Of a stretch of 64,000 nucleotides of DNA, positions 1 to 11,570 are shown piece by piece. The position numbers were made by a program, and so were the translations under genes. Numbering within the stretch: the first letter of the stretch is position 1; each line of letters opens with the position of its first letter. This stretch comes from the human T2T-CHM13v2.0 reference genome, Homo sapiens, in the NCBI RefSeq assembly GCF_009914755.1, contig NC_060928.1. The stretch is one strand, 5' to 3'. The notes under the pieces were generated by a model. It did not search any database. It saw only the letters and a list, made by a program, of their open reading frames with translations, and had not been told where the DNA came from.

Positions 1-29
1 TACAGAGAGGCTGAAAAGAAAAACAACTT

Positions 30-1333
30 TCTTGATAAAAAGAATTAATATCTAAAATATTTCAAGAGATTTATGCTGAGCCAAATATCAGTGACCATGG
101 CTGGTGACATAGCTCCAAGAGATCCTAAGAACATGAGCCTGAGGTGGTCCAGCTACAGCTTCATTTTATACATTTTCAGGAAACACGGGACATCAATTAT
201 TACATGTAAGTTGTGACAGAGTAGGAGCATCACCATCTTGGACAAGCCCCTCATTTGTAAAATTCACATTAATAAAAAAACACCTAAATCCAAAGGGCAT
301 CAGCCTAATGGCTAGTCAGCATGACCATAAACCACAGATGACATCTCCAACCAAAATCATTCCAAACTCCAAACTCCTCAACCAGAGACATGCTATCCCC
401 GAGATAACCCCCCTCCAGCCAGGAAGATGCCTGCCCCAAGATAACCTCCCCTCCTCCCAGAGACATTCCAACCCTGCCGTATAATTTCTCCCTCAAACAG
501 GAACATTCCAAGCTTCTGATAAGCCCCCTCACCGTAAAACCAATATATACTCTTAGCCTGTAAGAGAAAGGGCTCCTGACCAAAATTGGCCAGGAGCGCC
601 TCTCAGGTTTTATCCAAAGTAAACCTGTCTTTAACTGCCAGCTGCATTTCATGTTTCTTTCCTCTTTCTTTAACTATTACAAGAGGTACATTGGTTTGAT
701 TGGGAAATGTGGGACAACTGGAGGAGGGGGCTTTCAGGTCATAGGGAAATGCAAAGATGTTCTTGATTGGCAATTAGTTGAAAGAGTTTATTTAGAACCT
801 AAATCAATAAAAGGGAGTGTTTGGCTTAAGATACTGGGTTGTGGAGACCAAAGTTCTTGTTATGCAGAGGTAGCCTCCAGGTAGCAGGCTTCAGAGAGAA
901 CAGATTGTAAATGTTTCTTACGGGACTTTAAAAGGTGCCAAACTCTTAGTTAGTTCTCTCCTGGATCAGGAAAAAGACCTAGGAGCAAAAGAAATTCTCT
1001 ACAGAATGTAAATTTTTCCCCACAAAAGACAGTTTTGCAGGGCCATTTCAAAATATAAAAAAGAATAGATTTTGGGACAAAATACTTCCATTTCTTTCAG
1101 GCTTGCTATCTGTCATGTTATTGTCTTATTGCTACAGAGAGTCTTGGTTTTCATGTTAACTCTAGACAGCTATGCTTGAATTTCAAAAAGAGGAGGGTAT
1201 GATGAGGCATGTCTGGCCATCCATTTCCATCGTAACATGAATTAGTGTTTCAGGTTGATTTTAGAATGCCCTTGACCAAGAGGAGAGGTCCGTTCAGTTG
1301 GTGGGGGGTTTAAAATTTTATTTTTGGTTTACA
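30..1333 (-). mobile_element. MER4-family (ERV1) solo LTR, split by a nested LTR at 212-681
   Basis: The reverse complement starts TGTAAACCAAAAATAAAATTTT at 1333, like the MER4 5' terminus. Typical MER4 text 'gagatttatgctgagccaaatat...' continues as 'gtacattggttt' after the insert. Confidence 0.8.
212..681 (+). mobile_element. ERV1 solo LTR (MER66-like) nested in the MER4 LTR
   Basis: TG...CA termini (tgtgacagag...ttaca). Its 5' and 3' ends resemble those of the LTR at 23342-23907. The host MER4 sequence resumes on both sides. Confidence 0.7.
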
Positions 1334-1599
1334 GCTTTTATTTTGCAACCTAGCAAACTCTGAGTTAAAAATATTTTTTCTAAGACTTGAAATTTGAATA
1401 TTTTCTTATTTGAGTTTATCAGTTTTTTCCTAGGTGATAAATAAAACCAATTGACATTACCAACATTCTGCCTGAAAATCTTCTTAGGTAGACAATTTAA
1501 ATAGATAATTTTTCTATTTTTCAAGACAACAAGCAATGTACTTGCTAATTATTCTTCAGATTACAATTTCTAGTCTCCAGTAGCAGTTTCCTTACTGCC

Positions 1600-1760
1600 C
1601 TTCAAATTTCCACCTCTGGGCAATCTCCAAACTTGTGTTCAATGTTTTTGGATTTTGGTATAGCAACACAACACTTCAAGCAGTCCAAGTACCAAGCTGT
1701 GTATCAATTATCAACTGCTGCAGAATCAACCATAATTTTAGCCATAATCAAAGACTGTCT
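1600..1760 (-). mobile_element. Degenerate MLT1 (MaLR) LTR 3' end / internal junction fragment
   Basis: 'gtatagcaacac...gtaccaa..tgtatcaattatcaactgctgca' resembles the reverse of a MaLR LTR end plus internal start. Confidence 0.35.
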
Positions 1761-3017
1761 GCCACAGATATTAAACTTAAATACCCCAACAATGTAAGAA
1801 GTAGATTTTGCTAAACTGCCTAAAGTGGGTGAGAAAATCTGTTTGATTCTCTGGGTGAATATTAGGAAGTCCAAAATCTGTATTGTTAGAAAAGCTGACA
1901 TTTTGTTCTCTATCTACTCATTTTGCTTATCCCATTTGAAATTAGTTTAAAACCTAAGTGTGTCATTTGTTAGTCCTCTAATCCCAACTTGAACCTCAAG
2001 TTTTAAAAAATTGAGACAACACATGTACATAATGTGTTGTGAATACTACATAATGTAGTGAAAACTATATATTTGTTAAATGAAGAAATTCTGAATGCAC
2101 ACTAATATGTAAAGACTCCTGGGAGACGTCTTCAAGAAAGAATATTTGCAATCTAAAGAAGATTCCTATCCCAACATATGCTAAACCTTGTCTTTTAAAT
2201 TTCTCTGAGACTCAAGAGCATGCATCTAAAATGTAAACAAAATCACTGTACAAAATAAATTGTTGTCTATGATATGTAAATCTTGGTGTATTTATAGAAT
2301 TTACATTTATATTGTAATACGTATTCAATAAAACATTATAATTGAGGATTATAATAATAAAGGATTATATCTCAACATCAGGGCAAGATATGAAGGCTAG
2401 CAGAAATCCCAATACTTCTCCTTTAGTAGCATCAACTGCTAATTACCATTTCAAAATGGAACAATCCAAAATCAGAGTATCCTGAAAGTGAAACATTTTT
2501 TTTTCTGTCAGAGAGCCATAAGATTTCACCCTTGGTTTAGCCTTCTCTGAACTAGAAAATTCTAATCCTGTTTTTTTATTTTGTGTAATAACAGAACAGG
2601 CATACACACATATAGAAATAACATTCAAATTAATGATTCGTAATTTTAAAAATAAAAAAGAATTATGAATTTTTATATAGTTGGTTATATAGGAAAGAAC
2701 AATATATCTGTACAGATGGAGTGTTAAAAATAAGGCAAAATAAATAATTTTGGTTCTGATAACAAAACATTAGACAGTAGGACATGTAGAATATGTGGGT
2801 TTGGTTGACAAGTAGTATTGTGAATGAAAATCAGTATATATGTGTACAGTGTATTTATAAAATTACATATGTATTCATAATTGCAGTATTTCTCTGAATA
2901 TTTATGTAGCATAGGATATACACAAGTTTAAAAACACATGTCTTAGGAAATACATTCTACTTTTTTGTTTGTATGCTTATTGTTTTATGCCTATATCCAT
3001 GGGTAGGCCAATCCTAA

Positions 3018-3342
3018 TGAGAGAGCCTGGTGGGAGGTGTTCCCTGGAGAAACTCCCACCAGCCCTCCCACTGAGGTGGAAGCTTGGGAAGTTCACTGCC
3101 TTTGCAGTAGGGAGGAGCCTGGCCCCTCCTCTTCCTGTGTGGAACCTGGGATTCAAGCCTAGGTGGAAAGTGCTCTAGCAGGGACTTTGGCCTTGGGAGA
3201 GTCCCTGTTTCCCCCTTTTCTTCCTTTTCATCCAATAAATCTCTGTCTTACTTGCCATTCAAATTGTCTGTGAGCCTGAATTTTCGTGGCTGTGGGACAA
3301 AGAACCCCATCTTTAGCTGAACTAAGGAAAAGTCGTGCAACA
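3018..3342 (+). mobile_element. 5' LTR (MER61A-like)
   Basis: Reads tgagagagcc...gtgcaaca, with AATAAA at 3234-3239. Aligns end to end with 7095-7411. Confidence 0.9.
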
Positions 3343-3346
3343 TTTT

Positions 3347-3366
3347 TGGCCCACAGTGTGAGGGCT
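3347..3366 (+). other. Degenerate primer-binding site (weakly tRNA-Lys-like)
   Basis: 'tggcccacagtgtgagggc' lies 4 nt after the LTR and loosely resembles TGGCGCCCAACGTGGGGC. Confidence 0.35.
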
Positions 3367-6141
3367 CCAAAAGCAGGGAGTGAAATGGGAACTCAAAACC
3401 TCTTACCATTGCTTCTAAGCCTTTTCATCCTGGGACTTCTGAGGGTGGGGGAGACCGTGCTCCCATCACCCATCACTCCCAGGCCTTTTCATGGCATTTT
3501 CCTTACTTTTTAGGGACCCACCAGTGAGCAGCAGCTCCCTGCTGCTCCCCCATCCCCTCCCCGCTGGGGCTGGGACACATGGCCCAAGGTTCCCACACAC
3601 CCAGCTGGCTGGTTCCCACCCAGGCACCACTGCAGTCTTCCCCTACCAGGTGGAGGGGTTGAACTCCATCAGAACGTAATTAAGCTTTTCTCTGGGTGGA
3701 GGAGCCACTTGCCTAAGAATAAGAGGTTCTTCCCCAGGCATTTTTAAACTGTTCTTTTTTCTTTCCCCTTCTCCACCCCATAGGCAGTTAACTTTTAAAG
3801 TTTTTTTTAGAAGATGTTTTGCTAGGCCAGGCCCCACCCAGCGACTGGGTTTTCTTCTGTCTTTCTGTGTGTGTACTGTGTATGATGTCTGTAAAAAGAG
3901 CTCTAATTAATTTGGCCTAAGGAAAGACAAGCGCTTGGATCAAAAAACTTTTTTTTTTTTAAGGGAAGGTAAAAAGCTGTGATACCTTTGATTTCACGCT
4001 ACTTTAATCTTTGTGAAATTTTTTTCAGCAGGACCCTGAAGCGTCCAGAAAAGAGAGGTAAACAGAATTATTTGACGTGTTTAGGCACATGGGATTGCCA
4101 AAATGATGCTCAATCTTCTTTAGGTTATAGCGTGGTGAATAATGCTAAAATATGCTCCAACATTGTATGGGATTTAAAAAATTCTAATGTTTGGGTATTT
4201 GCTATCAATCTTAATTAAGGCTTTTATGTTACACTACTGTAAACTATGGAGATAACCAAACTTCTTTGTTAATCGTTTTTCTAACTATAAATGCCCTGCA
4301 CATTTTGCTATTCACAGAAAATTTTTGTCTTATTTTAATCCTTTTCAAAGATAGTTTGTAATGAGCTATAGAGCTGTAACAGGTACTCTCAAATACAGGC
4401 TTCTGATAACTTTAGAGATTGTAACATTGGAATAAAGGAAAATGTACAGGAATCATGAAGAGCTAAAATGTTCACAAATATCAAGCAAAATGAGTTTACT
4501 AAATGGATTGAACTCAGGAAACTGAAGCAATTCTTTTAACTTTTGCTTGGAATATTGCTGATCCTTGTTTTTCAGAGTCAAGAAAGCTTATTTTGAACAA
4601 TTTATGGCCTTTAATAATTAAGTAAGGTATACATTCCTGTGATCAACATTTAGAGCATGTTTGTTTCTCTCTCCCTGGTTCCTCCAGAATTTGGAAACTC
4701 TCTGTGAGTATTCTTAACTTATGCCAATATAATTGTTTGCATCACTGCAGTAAGAATCCATTTTTCTTTTGCAACAGAACACAGTTGGAAAAACTGGTAA
4801 TTTTACCAAAGATTTGACTGGAAGGGCATGCTTCCTTTTAAGGAGTCAATCTCGACTTGCAGAGGCAATACAAGCCCAGTGGGGAAACTGGACTCATACG
4901 CTCATCTACACAGTCCCCTATACAGGATTCTTGACCTACGGTCGGTAAAGAATGTCACTTTCTAACAGGTCTAAAAGCTCCAAGTTTATCTTAAGAGTAG
5001 AGGATCACCCAACTCACAGGTGTTTGAGGATACAAATCCATGGTTGGGCTCAGCTTTAAAAGATCTTATCTGAGATTCCTTGTGAAACAAACTTCAATGA
5101 AAGCAAACCTAAAAGGCCTATATGTAAATAATTATTCTTGCTGCACTTTGCGCAAATAATCATGCCAAGTATAAGACTAAAGTCTATTTTGCTAACCACT
5201 CAGTCCTATGTGTTCTGTTTTTTTAACAAACATGAGGACTGGAGAGAGAAATAATGTTTTAAAACTTATATTTCTCATTAACTTCTAAACTCATTAGTGG
5301 TTTTTAAGTTTTTGCCTACATTTTAGACTAATCCTGCTTTTTCCTGTGAACATACTAGCAATCTCTGGCTGCAGCTCAGAAAGAACAAAAGGGCTAGATA
5401 ATGTAGAAATCTGGATCAATATTTTGGTTCTGAGCAATTATCCTGCAAATCCTGCCAGGTGATGGAATAAATAGGGAATAAATAGGAGATTACTTTTGGG
5501 AATGTAAGACCAAGGGAGCTAACTAAAGTCAAGCACCCTTCACCCAAATCCTAGCAAGCATGACTATAGCCACCAGTTATCTGGGTGTGTCACAAGACAT
5601 CCTTTCCTCTTCCTTGTTGGAGGAGGACTCAGTTCCACAGTTTCGCCTTAGCATCGGGCTTATGTTAAGGAGTCCCTGCAACCTCCTGAGACACATTTTT
5701 GTGCCAGACTCAATTCTAAGCTTTGGGTCAAAGCCCTAGAAAGAAAACTGGATCTAAGAGATCCAGAGGTTAAAAGGCACAGCACAGGTAAGCGTGGCTG
5801 ATTCCTGCCGCTTAAGCAAACCCCAAGCTTCCTGTTTCATGGATAAAGGATACTCACACTAATATCCATGGCAGAAATGAGGTTTAGGGAACTCCAAGGC
5901 TACTGACAGTAGGTAGGAAAGAGACAAAGGTGAGAGTGGATAATTTCTATTCTGTAGTCCCTTCTTGATTTCATGGGTTCAAGCTGCTTCAGCACTCATG
6001 GTTGTACCTGCCAAGGTCGCTGGAACTTGGGGATGCAAGGACGGAAGAGGGAAGAGGAAACTCTTCCCTGTCTCCCTCACATACCCTGGGTATCTGCTAG
6101 GAAGAGAAGAGAATCAGGGATGCCTGCTCCCCTCTTTCTAA

Positions 6142-6226
6142 ATGGGTAGCCATTCGTCTTCAGTCTGTACCCCTTTAGAATGCATCCTGAACCTCTGGGA
6201 CTCCTTTGAAAAAATGCCTTATTTTT
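6142..6226 (+). pseudogene. Gag N-terminus relic
   Basis: Translation from the ATG at 6142 gives MGSHSSSVCTPLECILNLWDSFE, then KKCLIF in a shifted frame. This matches the class I ERV Gag start motif MG..TPLxCILxxWDxF...KKxLIF. Confidence 0.65.
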
Positions 6227-6555
6227 ATTCCTTTCTCCTCCTCAGTCCTCTCTTCACTGATAGGTAATTGTGTCTCCATACTATGGGACACTCTCCTCAG
6301 ATGCATCCTCCTAACTGGAAAGAGTTATTTTCCAAACCTTAAACTGGTTGGCTTAGGATTGGGGTCAGGGAAAGGGAACCCTTAAGTCCAACATGCCATC
6401 AAAAGGGTAAAGTTTTTTAGCCAGTTGGGCTTTTGGCCTCCCTCTCCGTGTTCAAACTGGTAAAAGGCCTCAGGATTATTGAGCTGTCCTTACCCCTCCC
6501 CTTGTTTTATTTTGATACCTGATTTTTAATAACCTGGTTTGTGTGCTCTTTCCTG

Positions 6556-6696
6556 GAGGCCATCAAACTCTAAATGGTCATGCAACCAGAGCCTCTGAGG
6601 ATGGCCCCTCCTGCTGGGAACCCTTAGATTGGCCGCTGAGGGAGCTCTGACTGCTGTTTCCCCAAACAACGCTCCCTATCAGCAGGAAGCAGTTAG
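6556..6696 (+). pseudogene. Env cytoplasmic-tail relic
   Basis: Fragments translate as EAIKL*MVMQPEP, PLDWP and SAGSS*, resembling the HERV-W/ERV9-type Env C-terminus (EAVKLQM...PLDRP...SAGSS*). Confidence 0.65.
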
Positions 6697-6718
6697 GATC
6701 AGTCTTTGTCCTTATCTT

Positions 6719-7047
6719 TATTCTTTTTTTCTTTTTATTTATTTATTTATTTTTTGTGACAGAGTCTCACTCTGTGGCCCGGGCTGGAGCGCAGTGGCAT
6801 GATCTCCTCTCTCTGCAAGCTCCGCCTCCCGGGTTCACATCATTCTCCTGCCTTAGCCACCGGAGTAGCTGGGACTACAAGGGCCCGCCACCACACCCGG
6901 CTAATTTTTTTTTTTTTTTTTTGTATTTTTAGTACAGCCGGGGTTTCACCTTGTTAGCCAGGATGGTCTAGGTCTCCTGACCTCGTGATCCACCCGTCTT
7001 GGCCTCCCAAAGTGCTGGGATTACAGGCATGAGCCACTGGCCCAGTT
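6719..7047 (-). mobile_element. AluY inserted in the provirus
   Basis: AluY-diagnostic 'tgcaagctccgcctcccgggttcac' and 'gttagccaggatggtc'. TSD gtccttatc(t/c)t at 6708-6718 and 7048-7058. The middle A-tract is expanded (T18 at 6905-6922). Confidence 0.92.
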
Positions 7048-7080
7048 GTCCTTATCCTAACGGCAGTTATATGTACTTTT

Positions 7081-7094
7081 TTAGAGGGAGGAAA
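7081..7094 (+). other. Polypurine tract
   Basis: 'ttagagggaggaaa' directly precedes the TG of the 3' LTR. Confidence 0.8.
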
Positions 7095-7411
7095 TGAGAC
7101 AGCCAGGTGGCAGGGAGTCCCTGGAGAAACTCTGACCAGCTTGCCCACTGAGGTGGAGCCTCTGGAAGTTCATGACATTTTCAGCAGAGAGGAGCCTGGC
7201 CCCTCCTCTTTCTATGTGGAACCTGGGATTCAAGCTGAGGGAAGGAAGCGCTCTAGCAGGCACTCTGGCCTTGGGAGAGTCCCTGTTTCCTCCTTTTCAC
7301 CCAATAAAACTCTGCCTTACTCATCATTAAAACTGTTTGCGAGCCTGAATTTTTGTGGCCGTGGGACAAAGAACCACGACTTTAGCTGAACTAAGGAAAA
7401 GTCCTGCAATA
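7095..7411 (+). mobile_element. 3' LTR (MER61A-like)
   Basis: Reads tgagacagcc...ctgcaata, with AATAAA at 7303-7308, and is followed by the TSD CTAA. Confidence 0.9.
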
Positions 7412-7984
7412 CTAACATGGCCCCCAAGATCTTCACCCCATGAGCAAAGTACCCTTTATAATCTCTTCTTGTGTATAGGTGAGACCTTTGGATATGATCC
7501 ATGTGTCTCCTTGATAGGTTACATTTTATGGGAAATATATTTGCAGATCCAATTAAGGATTTTTAGTCACTTTGACTTTGAGTTAATCAAAAGAGGTGTG
7601 AGGGTAGACCTGATCTAATCAGGTGAGACTTTCAACAATGGTGTTATTCTTTTCCTAAAATCAGAGAAATTCTCCAGTTGGCTTTGAAAAAGTAGCTTCC
7701 ATGAGTTCTGCAGCTCCAAGAAAATACATTGTGGCAACAACCACATAAGATTTAGAAGAACCTAGAGGTCCAGAAAGAAACAACATGGCTGACAGCTAGG
7801 CAGCAGTTTTAGGAGACCATAAGCGGAGGACTCAGGTTAACTGTTCTAGATTCCTGGGGCATGGAAACAGTGAAATATTAATAATAAATGTATGTTGTTT
7901 TAAACCGCTAAGTTTATGGTGCTTTGTTATGTAGCAATAGAAATATAATGTGAAAGGAAAGGGGAAGAAAAGAAAAGTAGAATT

Positions 7985-8141
7985 GTATGTTTAAAATTTT
8001 AATGTGCATACAAATCACCTAAAAGTCATGTCATGATGAAATGAAGATTATGACTTGGCAGATCTGAAGGGGGACATTAGGCTCCCAGGTGATGCTGATG
8101 GTGATGCTGCTGGTCCATGGGCCACACTTGGAGTAGCAAGG
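7985..8141 (+). mobile_element. MER5B-like hAT-Charlie DNA transposon relic
   Basis: 'tgtgcatacaaatcacct...ctcccaggtgatgctgat...gctgctggtccatgggccacacttggagtagcaagg'. Confidence 0.75.
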
Positions 8142-9169
8142 ATTTTAACCATACAGCAAATTCAAAGTACAAAATAAAAACTATTTTGATTTAGCTATGT
8201 CTACTCAGAAGATGAATATATATAACTGTATGTAAGTGCTAATTGAGGTATGAGGGCTTATATTTAAACACAAAATAAATAAAACTTTAAAAACATTCAA
8301 TGTAAAATAAAGGGAGGAATGCATTAAAGGAGAATGATTCTACCAGAAAATCTAGGTAGATTAAAGCTACTGAAAATGCGTGTAAACCTTAATTTCAAAT
8401 TTCTACCTAATATGACAATATTCTAATGAGAAAAGAAAAACGTTTTTCCTGGTTCTGGATTTCTAATCTGTAAGTTTTATAGAACTAATTTGTTCTATAG
8501 TATAAATTAGAGTTCTGATTATTCTCATCGGTTAAATTGATTTAGGTTAATCATCAAATCCCGCAGGCACATACTTCTATAGGCCTAATTTAAATTAGGG
8601 AGTCTCTGAGGCATATTCATATTATGGAAGCTCTAGCATTCTGTGTCTCAGTCTTCTTGTTCAATACTACTACATAGAGTAGTCCTTACCTGTGAAGATT
8701 GAGAAGGAACCAGGTGACCAAACACTGCCAAGGAGTAGGTGCCCTTGGCCCAGCCCCATGTTGTTCTTCGAATACATTTCAGAAAAATGCTTCAGATACA
8801 GGGGAAAATGTTTGGCTTTTTTTCAATAGCAATTCTCCCATCTGTGTTTATATCTTTTTTTTTTTTTTTCTTATTTCCACTGGTACCTTACTTCAGTAAT
8901 TTTAACAATTGTTTACATTTAAAGAAGTCCTACATCTCTTTTTAAAACATATTATTTTCTCAAAGTGTGTGAACATACTCTCCCATTAAAAAAGAAAACA
9001 CAATCTTGTGTTTGATCCTCTATTTACCCTCTCATTTCTACCATATGTCTCTTCTTCCTTCTCTGCCAATACCCGTAGGTGGAGATGGCATGGCAAGTAC
9101 ACATTCTGTTACCACTTCCTTATTTCCTTAGCTCTTATTATTTCTTTTCAAGTAAGAGTTAATACTTCC

Positions 9170-9350
9170 ATGTACCTATCTTAGCTCTCATAACTTTCTG
9201 ACTTAGCATTTTTCTATTTTCATATCTCCACCACAAGATCTGAAAATTCTTAAGAGTAAGAATACTCACACTTTTATTAATATCACCTGCAACCAACGCT
9301 TATCTCACTGCTTCCTACAAGGTGAACACCAAGCAAATATTTGGAAAGCA
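9170..9350 (+). mobile_element. Possible L2 3' end fragment
   Basis: Weak similarity to the L2 tail ('tatctccaccacaagatctgaaaattcttaagagtaagaa...caaatatttg'). Confidence 0.35.
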
Positions 9351-9489
9351 AAGAATCTTATAAAAAGTCATTCTATTTTTTTACATCCATATTATCTATG
9401 TTTACAGAGGCCGGATTTTAACAAATGTAATACATTTTTGTAACCAGAACCTAAAGTGTGTGAAAAAACATTGTCAACTCCATTGTTCT

Positions 9490-9880
9490 TCTTTTTAATC
9501 ATAAATTCACCTCTTCAAGGGTTACCATTGATTTTAACAGCACAGATTAGTTTCAATATTTCTGTAACTTACAAAAAGCAAAATATATTGTTTTTACTCT
9601 TTTGTATCTGACATCTTTTACTCAACTTTTTCGAGATTTATTCATATGTTGCTTATCATTATAAATTACCCATGTGTTAATATATGACAAAGTATATCTA
9701 ACTATTTGTGGATATTTAAGAATTTTCTAGTTTGGAGCAATAAAGAATAATGCTGCTATAAATAATTTTGTAGATGACTTTTGGTATCTATATTCATATT
9801 GCTAGATATATAGTTAGAAAAAAATATTTCCTTATAGTATGTAATACATTATGCTTTAATAGACAAAGCTATATATTTCT
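9490..9880 (-). mobile_element. Old L1ME-type 3' fragment
   Basis: 'gtggatatttaagaattttctagtttggagcaataaagaataatgctgctataaata' is typical of a reverse L1M 3' region. Confidence 0.6.
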
Positions 9881-10039
9881 CAGTTGTTAACATAGAAATT
9901 ACAAAACACATTCTGGTTTTATTAGAATCAAACATACATTACTTTTAGCACTTAATGCCACTAAAATTTTATATCTTTAGACTCAATTCATTTCTCACAT
10001 TAAATCCTATTTTTATGTATAATAAATTTACATATAATT

Positions 10040-10660
10040 TGAACTTTCATGCTGTGTATCAAAATGCCATTCATCTAATAGTTTTAAGCCATTTATTATC
10101 TTAAAGATTCTGAAAGTCAGGAGTTCACGTACAAGAGTATTATCTTAAAGATTCAGGAGTCAGGAGTTAGCTGAGTTCTCTGCTCAGAGTCTCAAAAGAA
10201 TGTTAGCAACTTGTCAGACAGCTGTACTCTTATCTGGAGGCTCAATTGGGAAAGAATTCGCTTTCAAGAGCACTTAAGTTGTTGTAGTATTCATTTCCTT
10301 TTGGCCGAAGAACTGGGAGCCCTGGCTTCTTGCTGACTGGAGGCTGGAGGAAATCTTCAGCTCCCTGGGGCTCTTTTAAGTTCTCAGAAGCTGACTATTC
10401 TTCCTAGAAGATTACTGCTATTCCTGGCCTCATGTCTTCCTCCATCATGGCTACTTAGTGAGGGGAGTCTGGAGAGCAAATATACTAAAAATATGGAGTA
10501 TTATGTAACATAACACAATCATGGGGTTGAATCCAATCTCTTTGCTATATTATCTTATTTTTGAGCAAGTTATAGATACTACCCACAGTCAAAGGGAAGG
10601 GATTACACAAGAGAATACTAGAAAGTGAGGACTTTTGAAGGCCTCCTGTGGTCTACTCCA
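10040..10660 (-). mobile_element. MLT1E-like MaLR LTR
   Basis: 'catttattatct...gtcaggag...tctgctcagagtctca...tctggaggctc...gggaagggattacacaa'. Confidence 0.75.
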
Positions 10661-11325
10661 TTTCACAGTCTATCAAATGTTGTGCTGTATACTCCATAGT
10701 CAATTGTATTTACCTGCATATATTTACCCTTTTTGGGTTTCTTCACCTCTTTGTGTATTTCCAAATTTCTTGGTTGTATTATTTGCTTCTAGAATTACAT
10801 TTTATTGTTTATTTCCAAATTTATTTTGTTTCTAGTTCATCTGTGGTTATCAACAAATTCAATCTTTATTTACATTTAAAAAATGTATTTTCCACTTTTG
10901 AGATTCTTTTTGTTGTTGTTGTATAGAATTCTAGAATGCAAGTTATTTTCCATTAGCAACTTAAAGATGTTATTCTATAACCTTCTAGCTTTTATTGCTT
11001 TACTTGCAAAGCCAGCTGTCCGTCATAATTATTCTTTAAAATGTAATATTTCTTTTTGTCTGACTACTTTTTACCTTTTATTGAATATCCTTTATATTCT
11101 GTTCTGTTCTGTTTCTATTTTTTATCTTATCTGTTTCTGTTTTCTATTTTTTATCTTATCTGTTATTTTATCTGTTTCTATTTTTTTACTCTCTATGATT
11201 TAATTTGGATATATGTAATACAGCAGTCTTGTATTATACTATTTCCAATCTACTGTTAAAAAACATTTATTATTACAGTTGTCATTTTTTAGATCTATTA
11301 GTTCTCATTTATTTTATTTCAATTA
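10660..11325 (-). mobile_element. Very old L1M fragment (host of the L1PA16-like element; continues at ~17770-17840 and ~18284-18600)
   Basis: T-rich reverse-L1 text 'gtatagaattctagaatgcaagttattttccattagcaacttaaagatgttattc'. Confidence 0.5.
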
Positions 11326-11349
11326 CTCTTTTTTGAATTTTTTGCTTTT

Positions 11350-11570
11350 TCCATTTTATTTATTTATTAACTTCTATTTTAAGTTCATAGGTACAAATAC
11401 AGGTTTGTTACATAGGTAAATTTCTGTCATGGGGTTTGTTGTACAGATTATTTCATCACCGAGGTATTAAGCACAGTACTTATCAGTTATTTTTTTCTAA
11501 TCCTCTCCCTCCTCTCACCCTCTGAAAGGCCCCAGTGTGTGTAACTCCCCCTATGTGTCCGTGTGTTCTT
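11350..11570 (-). mobile_element. Short L1PA13-15-like 3' end fragment in the tail of the L1PA16-like element
   Basis: A second, distinct L1 3' terminus: 'ttttaagttcataggtac...caggtttgttacataggtaaa...gtacagattatttcatcacc'. Confidence 0.75.

Larger units (their letters stand above)
3018..7411 (+). mobile_element. MER61-type ERV1 provirus, non-autonomous (LTR-internal-LTR)
   Basis: Direct LTRs at 3018-3342 and 7095-7411. 4-bp TSD CTAA at 3014-3017 and 7412-7415. PBS-like TGG after the 5' LTR and a polypurine tract before the 3' LTR. No long ORF. Confidence 0.9.
3000..7950 (+). mobile_element. MLT1E-like MaLR LTR (pieces ~3000-3017 and 7412-7950) interrupted by the MER61 provirus
   Basis: Removing the provirus joins 'tgggtaggccaatcctaa' to 'catggcccccaagat', which matches an MLT1E-type 5' end. 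The 3' end reads 'taagtttatggtgctttgttatgtagcaatagaaa'. Confidence 0.7.

Noticed and set aside
7095-7411. p53 response element in the MER61 LTRs (some MER61 subfamilies carry one)
   Set aside because: Only one imperfect half-site (cagcttgccc) in the 3' LTR, and it is degraded in the 5' LTR.
8584-8599. Perfect 16-bp palindrome cctaatttaaattagg
   Set aside because: About one such palindrome is expected by chance in 64 kb of AT-rich DNA.
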